A DNA stretch of 61,889 nucleotides, the filler included, from Sphacelaria rigidula (Eukaryota), in the NCBI GenBank assembly GCA_964200075.2. It is 8 parts of 8 records of this genome, joined end to end, with 100 filler letters (N's around TTAATTAATTAA, not from the genome) between each part and the next. Parts side by side here need not be neighbours in the genome. Positions count along the whole stretch, not along the records: positions 23,248 to 30,896 come from CAXNAA020013938.1; positions 30,997 to 38,645 come from CAXNAA020013939.1; 6 more parts are not named here. One strand, given 5' to 3'. Every line of letters begins with the position of its first letter. Positions within the stretch are counted from its first letter, which is position 1. Under the pieces are notes generated by a model. The model ran no database searches, was not told where the DNA came from, and saw only the letters and a program-made list of their open reading frames with translations. Below are positions 24,177 to 38,291 of the stretch, one piece after another. Made by a program: the position numbers and the translations under genes.

Positions 24177-27100
24177 TATATAATTAATAGTGATAATTGA
24201 TTGAAAATTGCTTGAGGATGGACGGTTGGATGCTTGGGTGGGATTGAATTTCAATTTTTGGACAGAGGAAAGATAACAACTGGACGCCCATATTTGTTTT
24301 TCAAAATTTTCCGGGTTCCCGAAACTGGAAACGTGATTCGCCGGAAATAATAGCTCGAATATTTCAATTTATGTCCATAATAGCACCGGCTTCAACACCA
24401 AGCACTCGGATGGGAGTACGTCTCGTCAGGTCACTGACTATTGGACCACCTTGCCTCAACTTTTCATGCTCCAACGGTCGGCACAGGACGATTCCGGCCG
24501 TTGGGAATGCACGAGGAAAGTAAGGGACTGGGGCACGGTGTTTTCCCCACATCAGAATCACGGTTTATCGTACCATTTTCACGACGGTAGAGTATTCCGG
24601 CAGGCAAGCACCAACATCCAGTACGTGGTGACTGCAGTGAACGCCAAATCTTTCCGCTGGTGATATCGTGGGTCATCTTTCATCTTGGGGGACAGATTCA
24701 AGTATTCGTCGCCAGAGACACCTGTAATCATTCGTATCCAGTGTTTCTTCTTTACTGTCATGATGACGTCATGGACCAATGTGGCAGAAAGTATCTCGAA
24801 AGGCGTTCATCACGCCCATTTTGCCGCAATCTACACATCATTTCCAGCCCACGACAGACAAGTGAAGGGACGTTCATTGCGCTGTGAGCGCTACGGGCCG
24901 TGTTTTACCTCATGTTCAGACGCACCTCACGCCTACTGAGGCACGTGTTGGGAGGGGCATTTTCATCTAAATGATCGTAAACACTGGACAAAAAGTCTTG
25001 TAGAATAGACCCAAGAGGCTAGGCTCGGTACCAATAAAGGCGAACACGACGAAAGGAGCCGAACTGAATATTGCCGCCTTGGGCTGCGACAGGGCCAAGA
25101 ATTTGGCCTCTCTTCACCTTGTTCGAATACCTATCAAGCTATCGTTGCGGCTCACTTCGTGAGGCTCCGAATATGGTAACCAGTGCTAGTTCCGTCAACA
25201 CATACCCCTCAGTCAGACCACCGGGCTGTCAAGCCTGTACAGCACTTGGGCGGATTTCCGATGTAACAGGGCGGTCCATGGTTGTAAACGTGGTGTCCAT
25301 GGCAGTGCGCACCGCGCCGGCTAAGAGGTCGAAAACCCAAACGAAAAAAACCCTGAACGCCCGAGCCGAAAATTATCTGCGCGATGCTCCATCGGTAGGG
25401 CCTGGCGGTTGTACAAAAGGAGTTTGCCTTCAGAGCGCCGGGTCAGCGATCAAAGTTACACTGATGTTTCGTTGTAGCACATCGTGCTGAGATCATGGGT
25501 ACAGACATAGCTGTGCGGGGTGATGATCGTTGACCAAAGTCATGTAGTCTGTGTAGTAAGGACAGCCAGCAACAACTGCTGCTGTACCACAGCTCTCAGT
25601 CACTGTCTGTACCCCACTGTTGTGCTGCACTTAGTCTCCCCGACCGCATGCACCGAACAGACAGAGCTCACAATTGCTCGGAGATGAGACATGGCAGTCT
25701 GTGACTAGACATCCGCGCCCACACCGTAGAAAGAGAAACAAGAAGGAATATCCTACAACCCTGCAGCCGGGAGAGATCGCGAGCACCCGCCAGGGAAACA
25801 AACAAATTGAAACTGTGCAGGTGTCATTCATCAAGAGGCAGCGCAGAATAGGTTGGGGAATACAAGACAGACGAGACGCCCCCTCAACCTCTCCCCTAAC
25901 CCTCCATCCCCCGGCCCAATCATTTTCCATTGCGCTGTACAAATCGGGCAGAGTTGCAAATAAAGTGTACGGCACAAGTGAAGCAGAATACCTTCCTCAC
26001 GTTCATGTGGAATTTTCCCACAAGTTAAAAAACGCAATCTTTAGATGAAACTCAAAGACAATCTGTAGAGTAATGATGCGACCGCTTCCTGCAGTCATGA
26101 CAACTTTTACCAAAAGCCCGATGGTATGTAGGTTGTGGTGCACAGAGGATTGGGATAAGAGTATCGTACGGCTTTCTCGCCATGGCGTAACAGTGCCCTT
26201 ACCGTCCGATGCTGCAGAAACGTACGCAGGCGTTAATGTGGAGAGGAAGGAACCCATCGAAACTCCAGCACGGTACCGCACGTATGAGACAAGTAGTTGG
26301 TGTTCATCTGGCTCCTCAACTACGTCCTCAACATACGATTTGGCTGACCCATATCGGAACGGCTTTCAGCATGAAATCAACAACAGTACATTTTTTCATT
26401 TTTCCTCATCTAGGGTGAATGAAAGACAGGGAATATTGTGCCGCAGTAGAGAGGATGCCCATGAAAGGTCATGCCCGCAAACGAGAAAAGGGTAGCCATG
26501 ACACCGTACACAGCTAGAACTGACATGTGTGCCATATCACTGTGGTTTGAGATTACCAGTCGTTCTCCCTCAGAAAGGGGCGTGGCTGGTATTTGGTTTG
26601 TGCACACACCGAGAACAATTGAAGGACGACCTGCCTGTGCAAGGAACTGTCTGAGATTGAAAACTGTTTATAACAGCGTAACTTCGACATATTTTACTCG
26701 TGTGTCGTTCTGTGCATGTACATGATTAATACATCAACCTCAGGTCAAATCTGGTCGGGGCGGGGCGAGGGGGGGGCGTGGCCTTGCGGCGTGTCACGTG
26801 TGTTTGGCGACTCAGTGTACTGACTATTGTGCCATCTATCTACGACTAACTGTATTTGCGAACCATCAATTATCATCACACATCAATCAGTTTCGGTGTG
26901 GCTTTCTGTTTGATGAGGAGGCCCGGAACGAAAAAGTCAACTGACACAAACACGATTTTTTTTGTTTTTCGAGAAACTTTGCACTGTGGAAACCAGCAAA
27001 TGCCTAATCAACCGCAGTACTCATCGCAGTAACAGTACGGTGGAAAAACCTGCTACCTCATACTGTTGTGTGTAAAGCGAAAAGGAAAAACAGGGAGGAC

Positions 27101-29542
27101 GGGGGGGAGAGGTGAGCGGGGATGTGACGTACAGGAAAAGCACCACGTTAGTACGATCAGTCAGAGCTCATTCCAGTTGCTTGCTTGAGATAGGGGATGA
27201 AAAGGGCACACAAACAGAGAGATCAACAACGAAGACGGACAACTGCGACTGCACTCAAGACAGGTGCAACAGTCAGTGTAGACAACAGTACAACAACAGA
27301 CACCCTAATCGCATACCGAACAAAGGTGGCGAACAAATTCCCACCACAAATGAACCACCCGTGGATGTCCTCTTACTTGAACATCTCTTCTTTTCGAGAG
27401 CTCACCAGTATTGGCCGGTTCAGCATAGCTACTTCCCCCCCACGCGGTCCTCTAGCTGGTCAGCACTAGTCTTGGGTCGTAAGGCTCTTGAACACTTCAA
27501 ATATTCGCTGTATAGATGCCCCGCCCAGAAACCAAGCGTGTGCTGATACCAAGGCTCCGCGATAACGAGAGGCGTCCGAGATCAAATCTAAGCTCCGCTC
27601 TGCACCGGATCCTTTGTCTATCTATGCTGTGCGTGAGCTTTTCCCGCGTGGGCAATTCGGCGGTATGCTGCTATACTGGACTGTCACAATGCGGTGTTGT
27701 TTGGGCGTGGTCACTGACCGTCATATGTTACAGACTGTTGGGAAGAAAAAAAGATAATAACACAACGTAGTGCGTGGCATATCATTTCCATTCTTTGAGG
27801 TGTATCGTAAAAGAAACGTGGAGGAAACCAACAGCCGCGAGTTCGTGGAAAAGACAAATGCAGTACGAGTACGTATGGTGCGCAGGGATATCTTTGAGAG
27901 TTGCGATATTATTATTATGTCATCTGAGAACGTATGGGCAAACGAAGTGTGCACGATTACGTCACAACCCCAAGGGAAGATATTTATTACATATATATAC
28001 CGAAAGACCGCAAGACGGCAAAAACAATCACTTCGTAGTATTTACTCCATGATGAGATGAGAAAACTGCAGCAACATCTACAACCACAGCACGAGTACAG
28101 CCTACTCATGGCCTACTTACTTACTGTAAATGAAATGTTTCACGTTTTTTTGGCGGGGTGTGGATACACTATTAACGATGGCTATTTAGTAGTATATTAA
28201 GAGTAAAGTCAGGCAAGTGGACGCAACGTGTGCAGCGGTGTGCTGCATCAAACGATTGCAAACTATATTCACGGCGGAGCATGACCATCATTCGTTCATC
28301 CCAACAACGTATGGAAGGTCGCTCTCTTGTGTACACTAAAATAGAGAGAAACGGAACCCTACTCATCATTTTGGTATCGAGTTTCCCCACAGCTTTCGTG
28401 GTGAGAAATCAGACAAGGAATCCATCCTTTTCCGCAAAATCGCCTGAGAGAGGCCAGGAAAAGACCTTTACATAAAATAGAGGTCGCATCGTGGTCGCAA
28501 TGTGTACCGCGGTACGCTCCATCAAGCGCTCCCAAACTATGTTCATGGGGGAGCATCACCAACATTAGTTACCCCCAACAACGAACGGTCGCTTTCTACC
28601 CTAGTGGGGAACCGGAGTCTGCTGATTTTGGTCTAGGGTTTCCCCATAGCTTTCGCCGTGAGGAATCGGACATGAAATTCCTTGAGCGCGATTCATGAGA
28701 GAGATGGTGAGAAAAAAAATACACATGGAAGGTCGGAATGAGCTTTTCTTGCAACGCCTCCTGCTATCGTTTGATTTCGTGAACATGTATCTTGTCGTGT
28801 TTCTTGTGCTTTCGCACGCCGGTCGAATGCTCGTACGTCTGCCGCCGCAACACAGCACAACCCATGCAGTTACTCGCGGTATTATGAGCAGCGATACTGG
28901 TCCGAAAAATAGTTCGCCGCTCAAAGGATCAACCTTTTGGGCGCGAGAAAATGAAAAACCATGTACGACTAATCATCTACCGGGTGAACGTGACGCGGGT
29001 TCGCATATGGATACGCCTGCACGTGAAGGCTAAACGTGAATACACCAGCACAGCAATCCCTTCCAACCCATCCTTTATCGCGCATTAGTGCATTCATCAC
29101 AATATATATACGTGAGAATGCTATACAGACACATGCATGTCTTTCTTGCTCTAGTAAAAAATGCCCCCCTCCCCCCCCCCCCACCGAAGGGACGAAATCA
29201 TCCACATATATACACACACGAAACCCTCAACGTACAGGTTATAACTCGTCTACATATTAAAACAGCCAGCCGACACTTGCCTTCGCATAGTGTGACACTT
29301 AAAAAGCAAATCACTCAACATGAACGCACAGTCTGCACGACATGTGCCACCGAAGCGCGGTGTCGTCATCTACTCTAAAGCCGCGGTCAAAAGCAGAGCA
29401 CAACCTTACAGTACGTATATGGCTCACAAAAGAGCCAAAACGAGGGTCCATCGGAACACATATTTCAAGTAACCTCCTTGAAGAGTGTCGACGAATCCAC
29501 GGACGCGAAAGCGTTCGGCGAAGACACCCCGTGCTGCCTACA

Positions 29543-29700
29543 CCCCTCTGAGATCCGGCCACTTAGTGTAGAGATCTTCTCTGTCAAGCGAATCATCCGC
29601 ATCAGCTGGAGTCCACAGCACCTCAAGATCTAATATATTATTTCCTCCACCTTCCGCGGCCTCGTCACCTAACCATTCCAAGAAAGCCTGGGCAGATTGG
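29543..29700 (-). CDS. Candidate internal exon of an unidentified gene
   Basis: A CAG acceptor is followed by the open frame QSAQAFLEWLGDEAAEGGGNNILDLEVLWTPADADDSLDREDLYTKWPDLR. The donor is ambiguous (exon end 29542 or 29544). Possible partner exons lie near 29815-29895 and 27405-27507, but no consistent model was obtained. Confidence 0.4.
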
Positions 29701-30996
29701 CTGTCAAGCCGTGAAGACCGCAATCAGATGGCGTTGATTGGGGGGGAAATCAGTGGGAGGGAAAGAACGGGGGGGGGGAGGAAGGTGGGGGGGGTGACAA
29801 GGAAGTATCGCACCAAAAACGTTGGAGATGTGATACTCTGTACTTCGAAGACCCATAAATGTCCCGATCGACAGATCAACTTGAACGAATGTTGCTGAGA
29901 GATCAGTAGCCAAATCCCAAGGAATAAAAAGGATAGACCGGCTGACTAGCGAACTCCTTGCGCCAAAAAGAATTAGCAGGCATTAGCACGTTGGACGAAC
30001 AGGAATAGTACTACACATATGCCATGTTGTGGGGAGGTTGAGCTAGGAAATGATCGAAGAACAGTCTCGAGGGTAGAGAATCTGGCAGTCAGGGCGACAG
30101 CATTGGGCAACACGCCCGCAGTGCACGGTTTGCTTTCTCAGTTCTGAAAGCATACGTAAGTATCGCAAATTGCCGGGCGTCAGCAGTCAGCAATTATCGC
30201 CGAGAGTGGAGGGCAGCCAGCCTATTTATAAATTCCTACAGCACTGTGAAGACATAAATTCCATTAACCCTTTTGGAACCCTCCCACCCTGTCCCCTGGC
30301 AAAACGCCTTACTATGAGAAGCCCTGACGAAAAGGAAAACATGAAAACAGAATAGGCCGACGGCAACCATTTTTATAATGGAAGCCCGAAGAAGAATGTC
30401 CTCCCTGGACAATTTGGGTAAGGTTTGTCCAATCATACCACGCAACGGATGAAGTGTGTCCAATTATATCCATCGACAATAATCAGCAAAACCACTATGA
30501 AACATTCCATTCAAAAAATAGCAATGGGCTCCAGGGTCCAACCTGGCACGTTTGTATATTAGCATTTGTACATAAGGGAAGCACCGCTTTGACGGGCTGC
30601 AGCATCGGGTGGCGAGTTTGCCAAGCCACACCGTACATACAGCATAGTATGGCTGAACCCAGCCAAATCCCGTCACCACGTGTGGAAGGCACAGTGGGTT
30701 GTGCGGGTGGTACATGGCGGGCGTAATCGCAGGCGTCCGAACAGGCGATATACATGCACACGGGAGGGAGCCAGCGGACACCGCCTACCGTAATCAGGCC
30801 AGATGAAAAACACTACAGTCAGTAAATACAGTAGGTTGCAGTATTGACTTGCGGCTGCACTCCGTGCAAGATAAATATGGGCATGTCGTGAAAAGTNNNN
30901 NNNNNNNNNNNNNNNNNNNNNNNNNNNNNNNNNNNNNNNNTTAATTAATTAANNNNNNNNNNNNNNNNNNNNNNNNNNNNNNNNNNNNNNNNNNNN

Positions 30997-31104
30997 ATAA
31001 TAATAAGAATAATAATAATAATAATAATAGCAATAATAATAATAATAATAATAATAAATAATAATAATAATAGTAGTAGTAGTAGCAATAATAATAATAA
31101 TAGT
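30997..31104. repeat. (AAT)n/(TAG)n microsatellite at contig start
   Basis: Directly visible. Confidence 0.97.
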
Positions 31105-32265
31105 ATTTCCGAACATAAGTCCGATCTCTCGAACCCGTGGTCACAGACGTAGGTTCATCTTTCCAATACCGTCAGTGCTATTTCTTACAAGATATAGAGT
31201 CCTCCGTCATTTATTTTCTGAGACTCCAGCCTAATTACAAAAACAAACGCAATCAACTAATTGATTTATTGATTTTCGCGCTTTAACGGACCACCCATGG
31301 GTCCAGCCGTGGTCGCATGATACATGTAGACTAAAATATTACCAAAATGAAAATAAGAAGGGAGGCGCCAAGAAAAACATGAGACGTAGCTCTTCCGAGT
31401 TCAACGGGGTGAAAAGGAAAAAAAATCCTTCAGATCTGCTAAAAAAAGCACACCGACAGAAAAGGGAAACAAAATAAAAGACAGATGACACAAGGGGATT
31501 TGCATGGCCACCAAGCAAGGGTCAACTCAAAAACAACCCCAGGCACCCTCATAAACAACCACCACAGCTGTTCGCAATAACGGCAGATGTACTAGGGAGT
31601 GTACTACCCGATGGACTACAGGCTACTTTTTGGAGGTCCTCGGTAGGCACTGGGGAAGCTCTATTGGTAGCACAGCAAACAGTTCCTTAGCATGGCGTGC
31701 TTTCGTCCAGCATACATATCACATAATATGGGGATTCGATTATAGTTTTCGAGCCACGACAAATTACAGAATGAGGTCTTCACCGTTCTCCTCTCCTATC
31801 GGGAGCTGGACGCTCAGAAAAAAAAAGAGAAAATTCGGAACATTTTCTTCACGAGAACTATTCACAAGAATCAACACAAAAAAACATTTTATAAAAAAAG
31901 TGCCGGCGTGAAGACGCGAGTTTGATGACACCAACAAAGGTCATTACCAAGCTGACTGGCTACCTGTGATCGCCTCAACCAGCCGATGACAACGACATGC
32001 TCAGCTTGCCCCGACTCAGTCTTGTTCTAAATATATGACCATCCGACTCAGTGTGGTTTTTTTGGCCGATCCAGCTTGTGGTGGTATTGATTTTAGTGAC
32101 ATTGATTGTAGTGTCATTGAGCAAACGGTTCTCAGCGCTCTGGTGGAGAGCCCCATGGCCACACTGACAAGGCACTTCCTCAAAAGCTTCACGCTCTACA
32201 GCTCCAATCACGACGCCCTGCATTGCACAGAAACTTGAACGAAGCTCAGTGATGGAGCTTCTCAC

Positions 32266-35200
32266 CCGCTTGAGGTATGCCCAGTATGCCGCCATGTCTT
32301 CCCGTTCGCTAGCCTCCCTGGCACGGCGCTCCTCAGTCTGCTGCTCAGTCCAATCGCGCATCTATACCAAGGATTCACGAGAAATATGGAACCGCTCCCA
32401 TGACATAGCTGTCGCAGTTAGCAAGCACAAAGTACACATGTTCGTGGGATCTAGTGTGTCGATTGCGATCCCCGCAGGGCCCGAACGGTAACGAGGACGA
32501 ACAAGGACGCGAGGAGACTTATTGCTCGAATTAATCACTCATGAGTTCATCACTAGGTGGCATGTAACGCACTCACCTTGCAGAACATGGCAGTACTATC
32601 TATGTCAGTGATTTAATGTTTTTTTTTGCCAACTTCCTACCCCTTCTTGTCCTCGGGACAAGTCCATGGTCCCAGTGGTCCCAGTGGTCTCATGAAATCA
32701 ATCCATCTCTCCCCCAGTACACGCCTCCTCACGTTCTGGTAACACGAATTGGATCATGATCAGCACTCCCATACCACGTCGACTCTCGTCAAAATACACC
32801 TTATTTTCTATCCACGTCCGCACATTCCCAACGACGGAAATCAAACGTTTTTCAGAAAAAGGTCCGAGTGCATTTACCGGGAATCGAACCCACAGTTTCC
32901 CGATCTGACAGTGCAAAATGTACAATTTTAATTTTCACCACCGGGACTCGGCGGAAATTATCGCACTTTAAAAGATCCGGTGCGGATTCAGCTGTGGTAA
33001 CAAGGCAGACGTACCCAAGGGAGATAAATGGAGATACGCGCTACACGAAAGTCCAGAGGGGAGCAATGAACAATACAGGAAAAGAACAACCAGAGTGAAG
33101 TGGAAGACAAAAAAAACAAAAAAAAAACAAGAGAAACACCGAGCTAGGATCTAATACAGGTCTCCAGAAAAAAGCCCGGTACGTCCTTTCCGGATAACTC
33201 CAGGTGAAAGGGACCGTAAAGCGTGAGCGGTACAACCACTTGAGGCGTTTGCATCATCCACGCGTATGCGGTGGATCATGACTTATGTGGCGTGTTTACC
33301 TATTTCCCTGTGCATATACGCCACATCGCCGGGGAAATTGAACACGAAGATTGTACGTACGCGATCGCTACAAAACTCTCCGCATAGCCCTCTTCTCGAG
33401 CCCTCCCACCCTGAATCCTGAACTAGGTTTCCCCTATAGGGTGCGGCTACGGTAGCTGTGCATCTTGCCTGGGCGCGTTGCTGCTGTATCCTGGCCGCCT
33501 TCCCACGGTCTTCGCCAGCCATCTTTTGGACGGCACTAGTCCCACAGTTTTCGAAATCTACGCCCCGGTGGATGTCGTCCTTTTCCTTCTGCTCCTTGCT
33601 CATCTTGTACTAAGCACAAAAAAGCGCAGGTGGACGTTGGAAGGTGGACGTCGATCGTCTCAGAACGATTCGTGCAAGGCACGCAGAAAGTGTGTGGCTT
33701 TTGTCAAATGCGTCCACTCTGGTTGCAACTGCAGTCTAATGCTGTGATGGATCATGGCAACAGGTAGTTTCCCCCAGACTCAAAGAAGTCCTTGTCGGTC
33801 ATGGTATACATCATGGTGCACAGCATTTTTGTGCCTAGGGGATATTATTGACTAAAATATTTCTTCCTAATAATATCTCTGATATTTTCGAGGAAAAAAA
33901 AACTATGGAAAATGTGAGAGCAGATTTCTTACCCAAGTCAGGCAATAGATCAATTTAGGATTGACCGAAACTTTCTCCGAAAATCTAGCGTCAGAAAATA
34001 TTTCAGCATATTCTCTCAGAGAAGTGGGGGAGAATTTTCATTTTTTTCGGGAAAAGCCCCCCAAAAAACTGAAAAACTTGTCCTGGTAGCAACACCCCTT
34101 AGTGTAGGTCCAGGCGAGGGCGTTCGACATCCCTTTTACAACAACTCATCGTAATACCGGCAGCCTACCCAGTGCTAGCCTACCCGGTGCAATCGCCCCC
34201 ATCTGACTATCACTTTCTATGTACCCGACCGCCGATTTTTCTTGAATGATCGTCCTGACTGCCGCTATACCCTGGGACCGAAAACTTCAAGATCAGCACT
34301 AAAACCAGCCTAAATAGCACCGCTCACTAGCATGTGTCTTTCAACAATAGTTCTGCTTTCGATTATCTCGAGAGAGCTCCTCCTGCAAACATTATCTTAC
34401 TGTGTGTTACCTTCTAAACTCGGCTGCAGAAAACGAACACGCTCTACATTCAGGAAGATTTCACCCCGCCATCGACTTGACGACTTGTTGAACCATGCGC
34501 AACCAGCACCACCAGTTGGATGTCTAAACCCAGCCCAACAGAAGTCTGTCATAGGTCAGGACTACTAACGTTCATCTGGGCGATCCATGTACGTCTCATT
34601 CGCTCTAGCTCTTCATCCCTCAGGCGCCTCTCCTCCGCCTCTTGTAGCTCCACTTGCTTGTAAACGAAGTCGTTTCGGTCGCATTCCGCGGTGATCACCA
34701 TCTGCGAGGAATTTCAGTGCAATCAAGGGCTCTGGATTGTCGCGGACGAGGGTTGTGTGTTGCAAGGAAATTATATTTCTCGCGGGTTTGCCTGAGTACC
34801 ACGGAGCTCAGGAGAACACGAGACGGACCACGTACCTGTTCATGCCATTAGGCGTGCTCAGCAACGAGCAGTCCTGCGCAGACACTTCTTCACACGCGGA
34901 AGTGAACATATTAGCAACCATGTATACGAGGTAAGGGCAAGGGCAACGCAGTCAGCCTGCTGATTATTTACAATAACAACCATTTTTGAAGATCCCACAT
35001 ACACATACCACTGCGATAGTGTATATCCATCCAGTGATGTGGCCCGGATACGCGTACAGTGATCTCGTGCTTGTTAATGTATATATATATATATATACCT
35101 GAGATCAGAAGCGGGATCGATTGTAGGTCGCACACTACTCCTTACGTGTATACCGCAGCAGAAAACAGTGCAGTGTAGGTCAGGATCTCCACAACTAATA

Positions 35201-36388
35201 GATGAGCAAAAGTTAGCAAGCAGTCGTGCGTGAGTGCAGGATGGTAGATATTTCTACTAGTATTTTGCGGACGCTGAACCAATCACATGGGCAGATAACA
35301 AACCGACCAAGCAACAAGGAACAACATTGAAATGCCAATAGATAAATCAAGAGGCGAGGATAAGCGTGTCACCCATATGATGCAGCGATATCTTACGCGA
35401 ACTCAACTCCCGGTCAATAGTACATTACTTGATAGTTCAGTAAGCGTTGGGGCGAATCACTAAATTTTGATACAGAACGGCAACTCCAAGATACTGAACT
35501 TAACTCAGACCCGCCAGGTGGCAGGTTACCCACACACAGACACCCTCAACAATTAAATTAGCCCGTATACCGGCGACGGAACGGACCAGGAGAGCACATG
35601 AGAATCGACTGACTCCGCAACAGCTTTATCTAGTATTTCCTCCGAGCCCGCCCAGCTGGCGGTGGTAGCGTAGGTAGGGCGCGACGTGACGGCCATCTGC
35701 GATCAGCTTGTTAGGTCGGCAGTAGGCACCCTACGCGCATTCGAGAATTCGATTCGATCTCTGGCCGTGTGATCGGCGCACTGCTTGCGCCATCCTCAAC
35801 AAACGTCGCCTCTGCAATTGCAAAATGCCGAGAGCCACTTCTAGTTGTGAAGGGTGGCCCGCAACACAGGCAACTATTCCGTTGTCGTGCTATTATACTG
35901 TTTCTTGCTGCGTTTTAGTAAAATGTGCTGCTAATAGGAGACGGGAAGCTACAGCTGTAAAAATGACAGGCTATACTGACCTGCACATCTGTACATACAG
36001 AATGTCACACCGAACGCGTTGTTTCCTGTTGTTCTTCGCGAGATCGGTCACTATCTAGGCTCTTGGTTCTTTGTAGGCCACGACTGCCAAACGGTTAGTA
36101 GGGTCGCGTCGTACTGTACCTACTGGGTCGTCAGCGACGCATCGCTCGCACACGAAACGACGAAGGGTATCTGTAGCTTTTTGTTCATCAACGTCGATAG
36201 TGTAACATAAGATGTCTCTGGTAAGCAGGCAATCACCTTCTCTTTATCAGCTTGAGCACGGCGTTCCCGGATCTGCGCGTCCAGAGCGTCCGTGTCTAGT
36301 CCAATCGTGCGTTGTCTTGCATCCAGGAACCGGTTCGTGCGGGCCACGTTACACGCACGTTTCCATTCGATACGCTTCATCTCTTTTT
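32266..36388 (-). CDS. RIB43A-like coiled-coil axonemal (microtubule inner) protein, partial
   Basis: Exons 36388-36237, 34701-34570, 33609-33469 (GC donor) and 32361-32266 join in phase 0: ...RFLDARQRTIGLDTDALDAQIRER...|MVITAEC...RTWIAQMN|YK...NCGTSAVQKMAGEDRGKAARIQQQRAQ|MRDWTEQQ... The motifs RxIGxDxxAL, CGxSxxQxxxGED and QMRxW are characteristic of RIB43A/RIBC. Start and 3' exons unresolved. Confidence 0.85.
32875..32950 (-). mobile_element. Degenerate tRNA-derived SINE head
   Basis: Minus strand CCCGGTGGTG...CTGTCAGA...GGGTTCGATTCCCGG: B-box intact, D-arm/A-box decayed. Confidence 0.45.
33835..34100. repeat. Interspersed repeat (possible hAT-type MITE), related copies ~58150-58400 and inverted ~61290-61480
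   Basis: Shared GTGAGAGCAG(A/G)TT...CAGGCAATAGATCAA...TCTCCGAAAATCTA core in three places; (T/C)AGGGG-type start. Confidence 0.6.
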
Positions 36389-36733
36389 CTAGAGAGACAG
36401 GGGGGGGCTGACGCGGGCAGACACACAGCACAGGAGAGATGTCGATCAGGATGCGAAGCAAATAATCCAGTTGTCTGTGGTTGCTCTTCTATCTCCTACT
36501 CATCATGACGCGCTCCCGGTGAAAACCGCGGGATCTCGTCATGAGGTATGTGTGAGATTCGGACGATGAAGGCACAGTACTGCATAAGAATATGCACTGT
36601 ACACGTTTAGGACAGCACGCAGCTTGACAAGGGTCTGGACACTTAGTCCAACAGGCAATGCAATACAGTATCGCGAGTGAGTTGTATGGTGGCTGTGTGT
36701 ATCTCTTGCGGACCAGGAAAAAGTCTGGAGCAG

Positions 36734-36735
<2 letters not shown>

Positions 36736-36788
<53 letters not shown>
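36736..36788. repeat. (CA)n microsatellite
   Basis: Directly visible; explains the CVCV/THTH ORFs. Confidence 0.98.
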
Positions 36789-36790
<2 letters not shown>

Positions 36791-37740
36791 CAAATGGCAA
36801 GCATCAAACCGCTGAGTCGTACAATGGCGCGGCCAGTCGAACCCACCGTCTGTGCTTAGGCTGCTTTCGTTTACTACTCTAAACCAAGCAATACTACCAA
36901 GCTTAAGGGAAAATCACCACTGGAGCTGTTTAACCACGAGTACATGTGTATGTCCTACAAAACAGAGCAGCTTGGAAGTTGCTCACCCCAAATGCTACAA
37001 CCATCTTCAGGATCGAAACCTCGCGCACGAAATCTTCCGGAAAATGGATTCTGATCCAAGACACTCGGAGACACCGATATCCACCCCTCCTCTGCGTGAG
37101 CTCAGCTCACACCCTGCAGACGAGGGCAGCGTGCGGTGGATTGTGTAGTTCCCCCGCAGAAACAGCAAGTGTAACCGCCAAAACCATGTACATGAAGTCA
37201 TACTCCAGGTAGCCCGATGTGGGTCTGGGTATATCGCTCTTTACTTCTGTTCCCACGGCGTGCCTGCATGGCCTTGAGCCTCGCGAGGTATGTGTCTAGT
37301 GTTCTTGTGCTAAGTAGTATTGGTTGTAGAAATTTGAGCATCGTATATGCCATTGCGTTGGTGCTCACCTACCTAGTCTCGAATTGCGACGACGGAATCA
37401 CAGTCACATCTTGTCTGCAACCTCCTGTCGTCTTGTATGTGTCCAGCTATGCAGCACAGAGCGCAGCGGTAGACAGGATAGATGATAAACAGTAGTGCGG
37501 AGAGGTTGCAGCACTTGTGCCATGCCCATATCTACTGCTGCAATGGAGTAAGACGACATGTCTTATGGCATATTTTGCTACTTCTTCTGCCATAACTTTG
37601 AGTGTATTTATTTTACGCTGCTGGCAGCTGGGAAGACCCACCGTACTTTGATTCTGCACAACATTTGTGTGGGGTCCAGCTGGAGCAGGGTTGCTACTGC
37701 TCCTTCCTACTTGCTGCATTTCGTACTCGCTGGAATCCAG

Positions 37741-37857
37741 ACGGTACTCGTACAATCTCGCAGTTGCTTTTCCCCTGCTCGTGTACGCAATGGGCATTAT
37801 TGGTCTCCTGACTGGCACCTGCCTTGGCGATCTGGAAATTTCGTACGACAACAACTG
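37741..37857 (+). CDS. Candidate exon of a membrane protein divergent from the RIB43A-like gene
   Basis: CCAG acceptor, G|GTATGG donor and open hydrophobic frame RYSYNLAVAFPLLVYAMGIIGLLTGTCLGDLEISYDNNW. A good donor at 37287 and acceptor at 37446 suggest upstream exons. Confidence 0.45.
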
Positions 37858-38291
37858 GTATGGCAGATTGTGGATACTGTATTGTACTGTGGACAACACC
37901 CGCGGTGATACCTGGAGTGACACGCCACTTCATCGAGACGTGCATCTCCCACGTTTTCCCTCGTATCTAGGCTTGACTTCTCACTGCCAATTAATGTTGA
38001 CGACATGAGGATATCTTTCCAAACGTGCAGCAACTTTCGTTGTCACACATGTGCTGCCAGGTCTGAAATGCGCCCACGGTAGAGATGGACATCGGATATC
38101 AATACTGGTCTATCAAGATATCCGTTCATGACGTCATCAATCACGTAATTTCCAAGGAACGCTACGAACAGTAGGAGTACTTGTTCGATATATTCAAGGT
38201 TGCAAGTTTGTGTTCTGTAGGGTATGTTCGGTAGGGTATGATATTTCTTACAAAACTTACAGAACTGTCGGGTGTCGGTATCTGAATATTG

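Noticed and set aside
32100..32217. Fifth RIB43A exon continuing ORF 31975-32361
   Set aside because: It would need an intron of under 50 nt, and the peptide is not convincingly coiled-coil/RIB43A-like.
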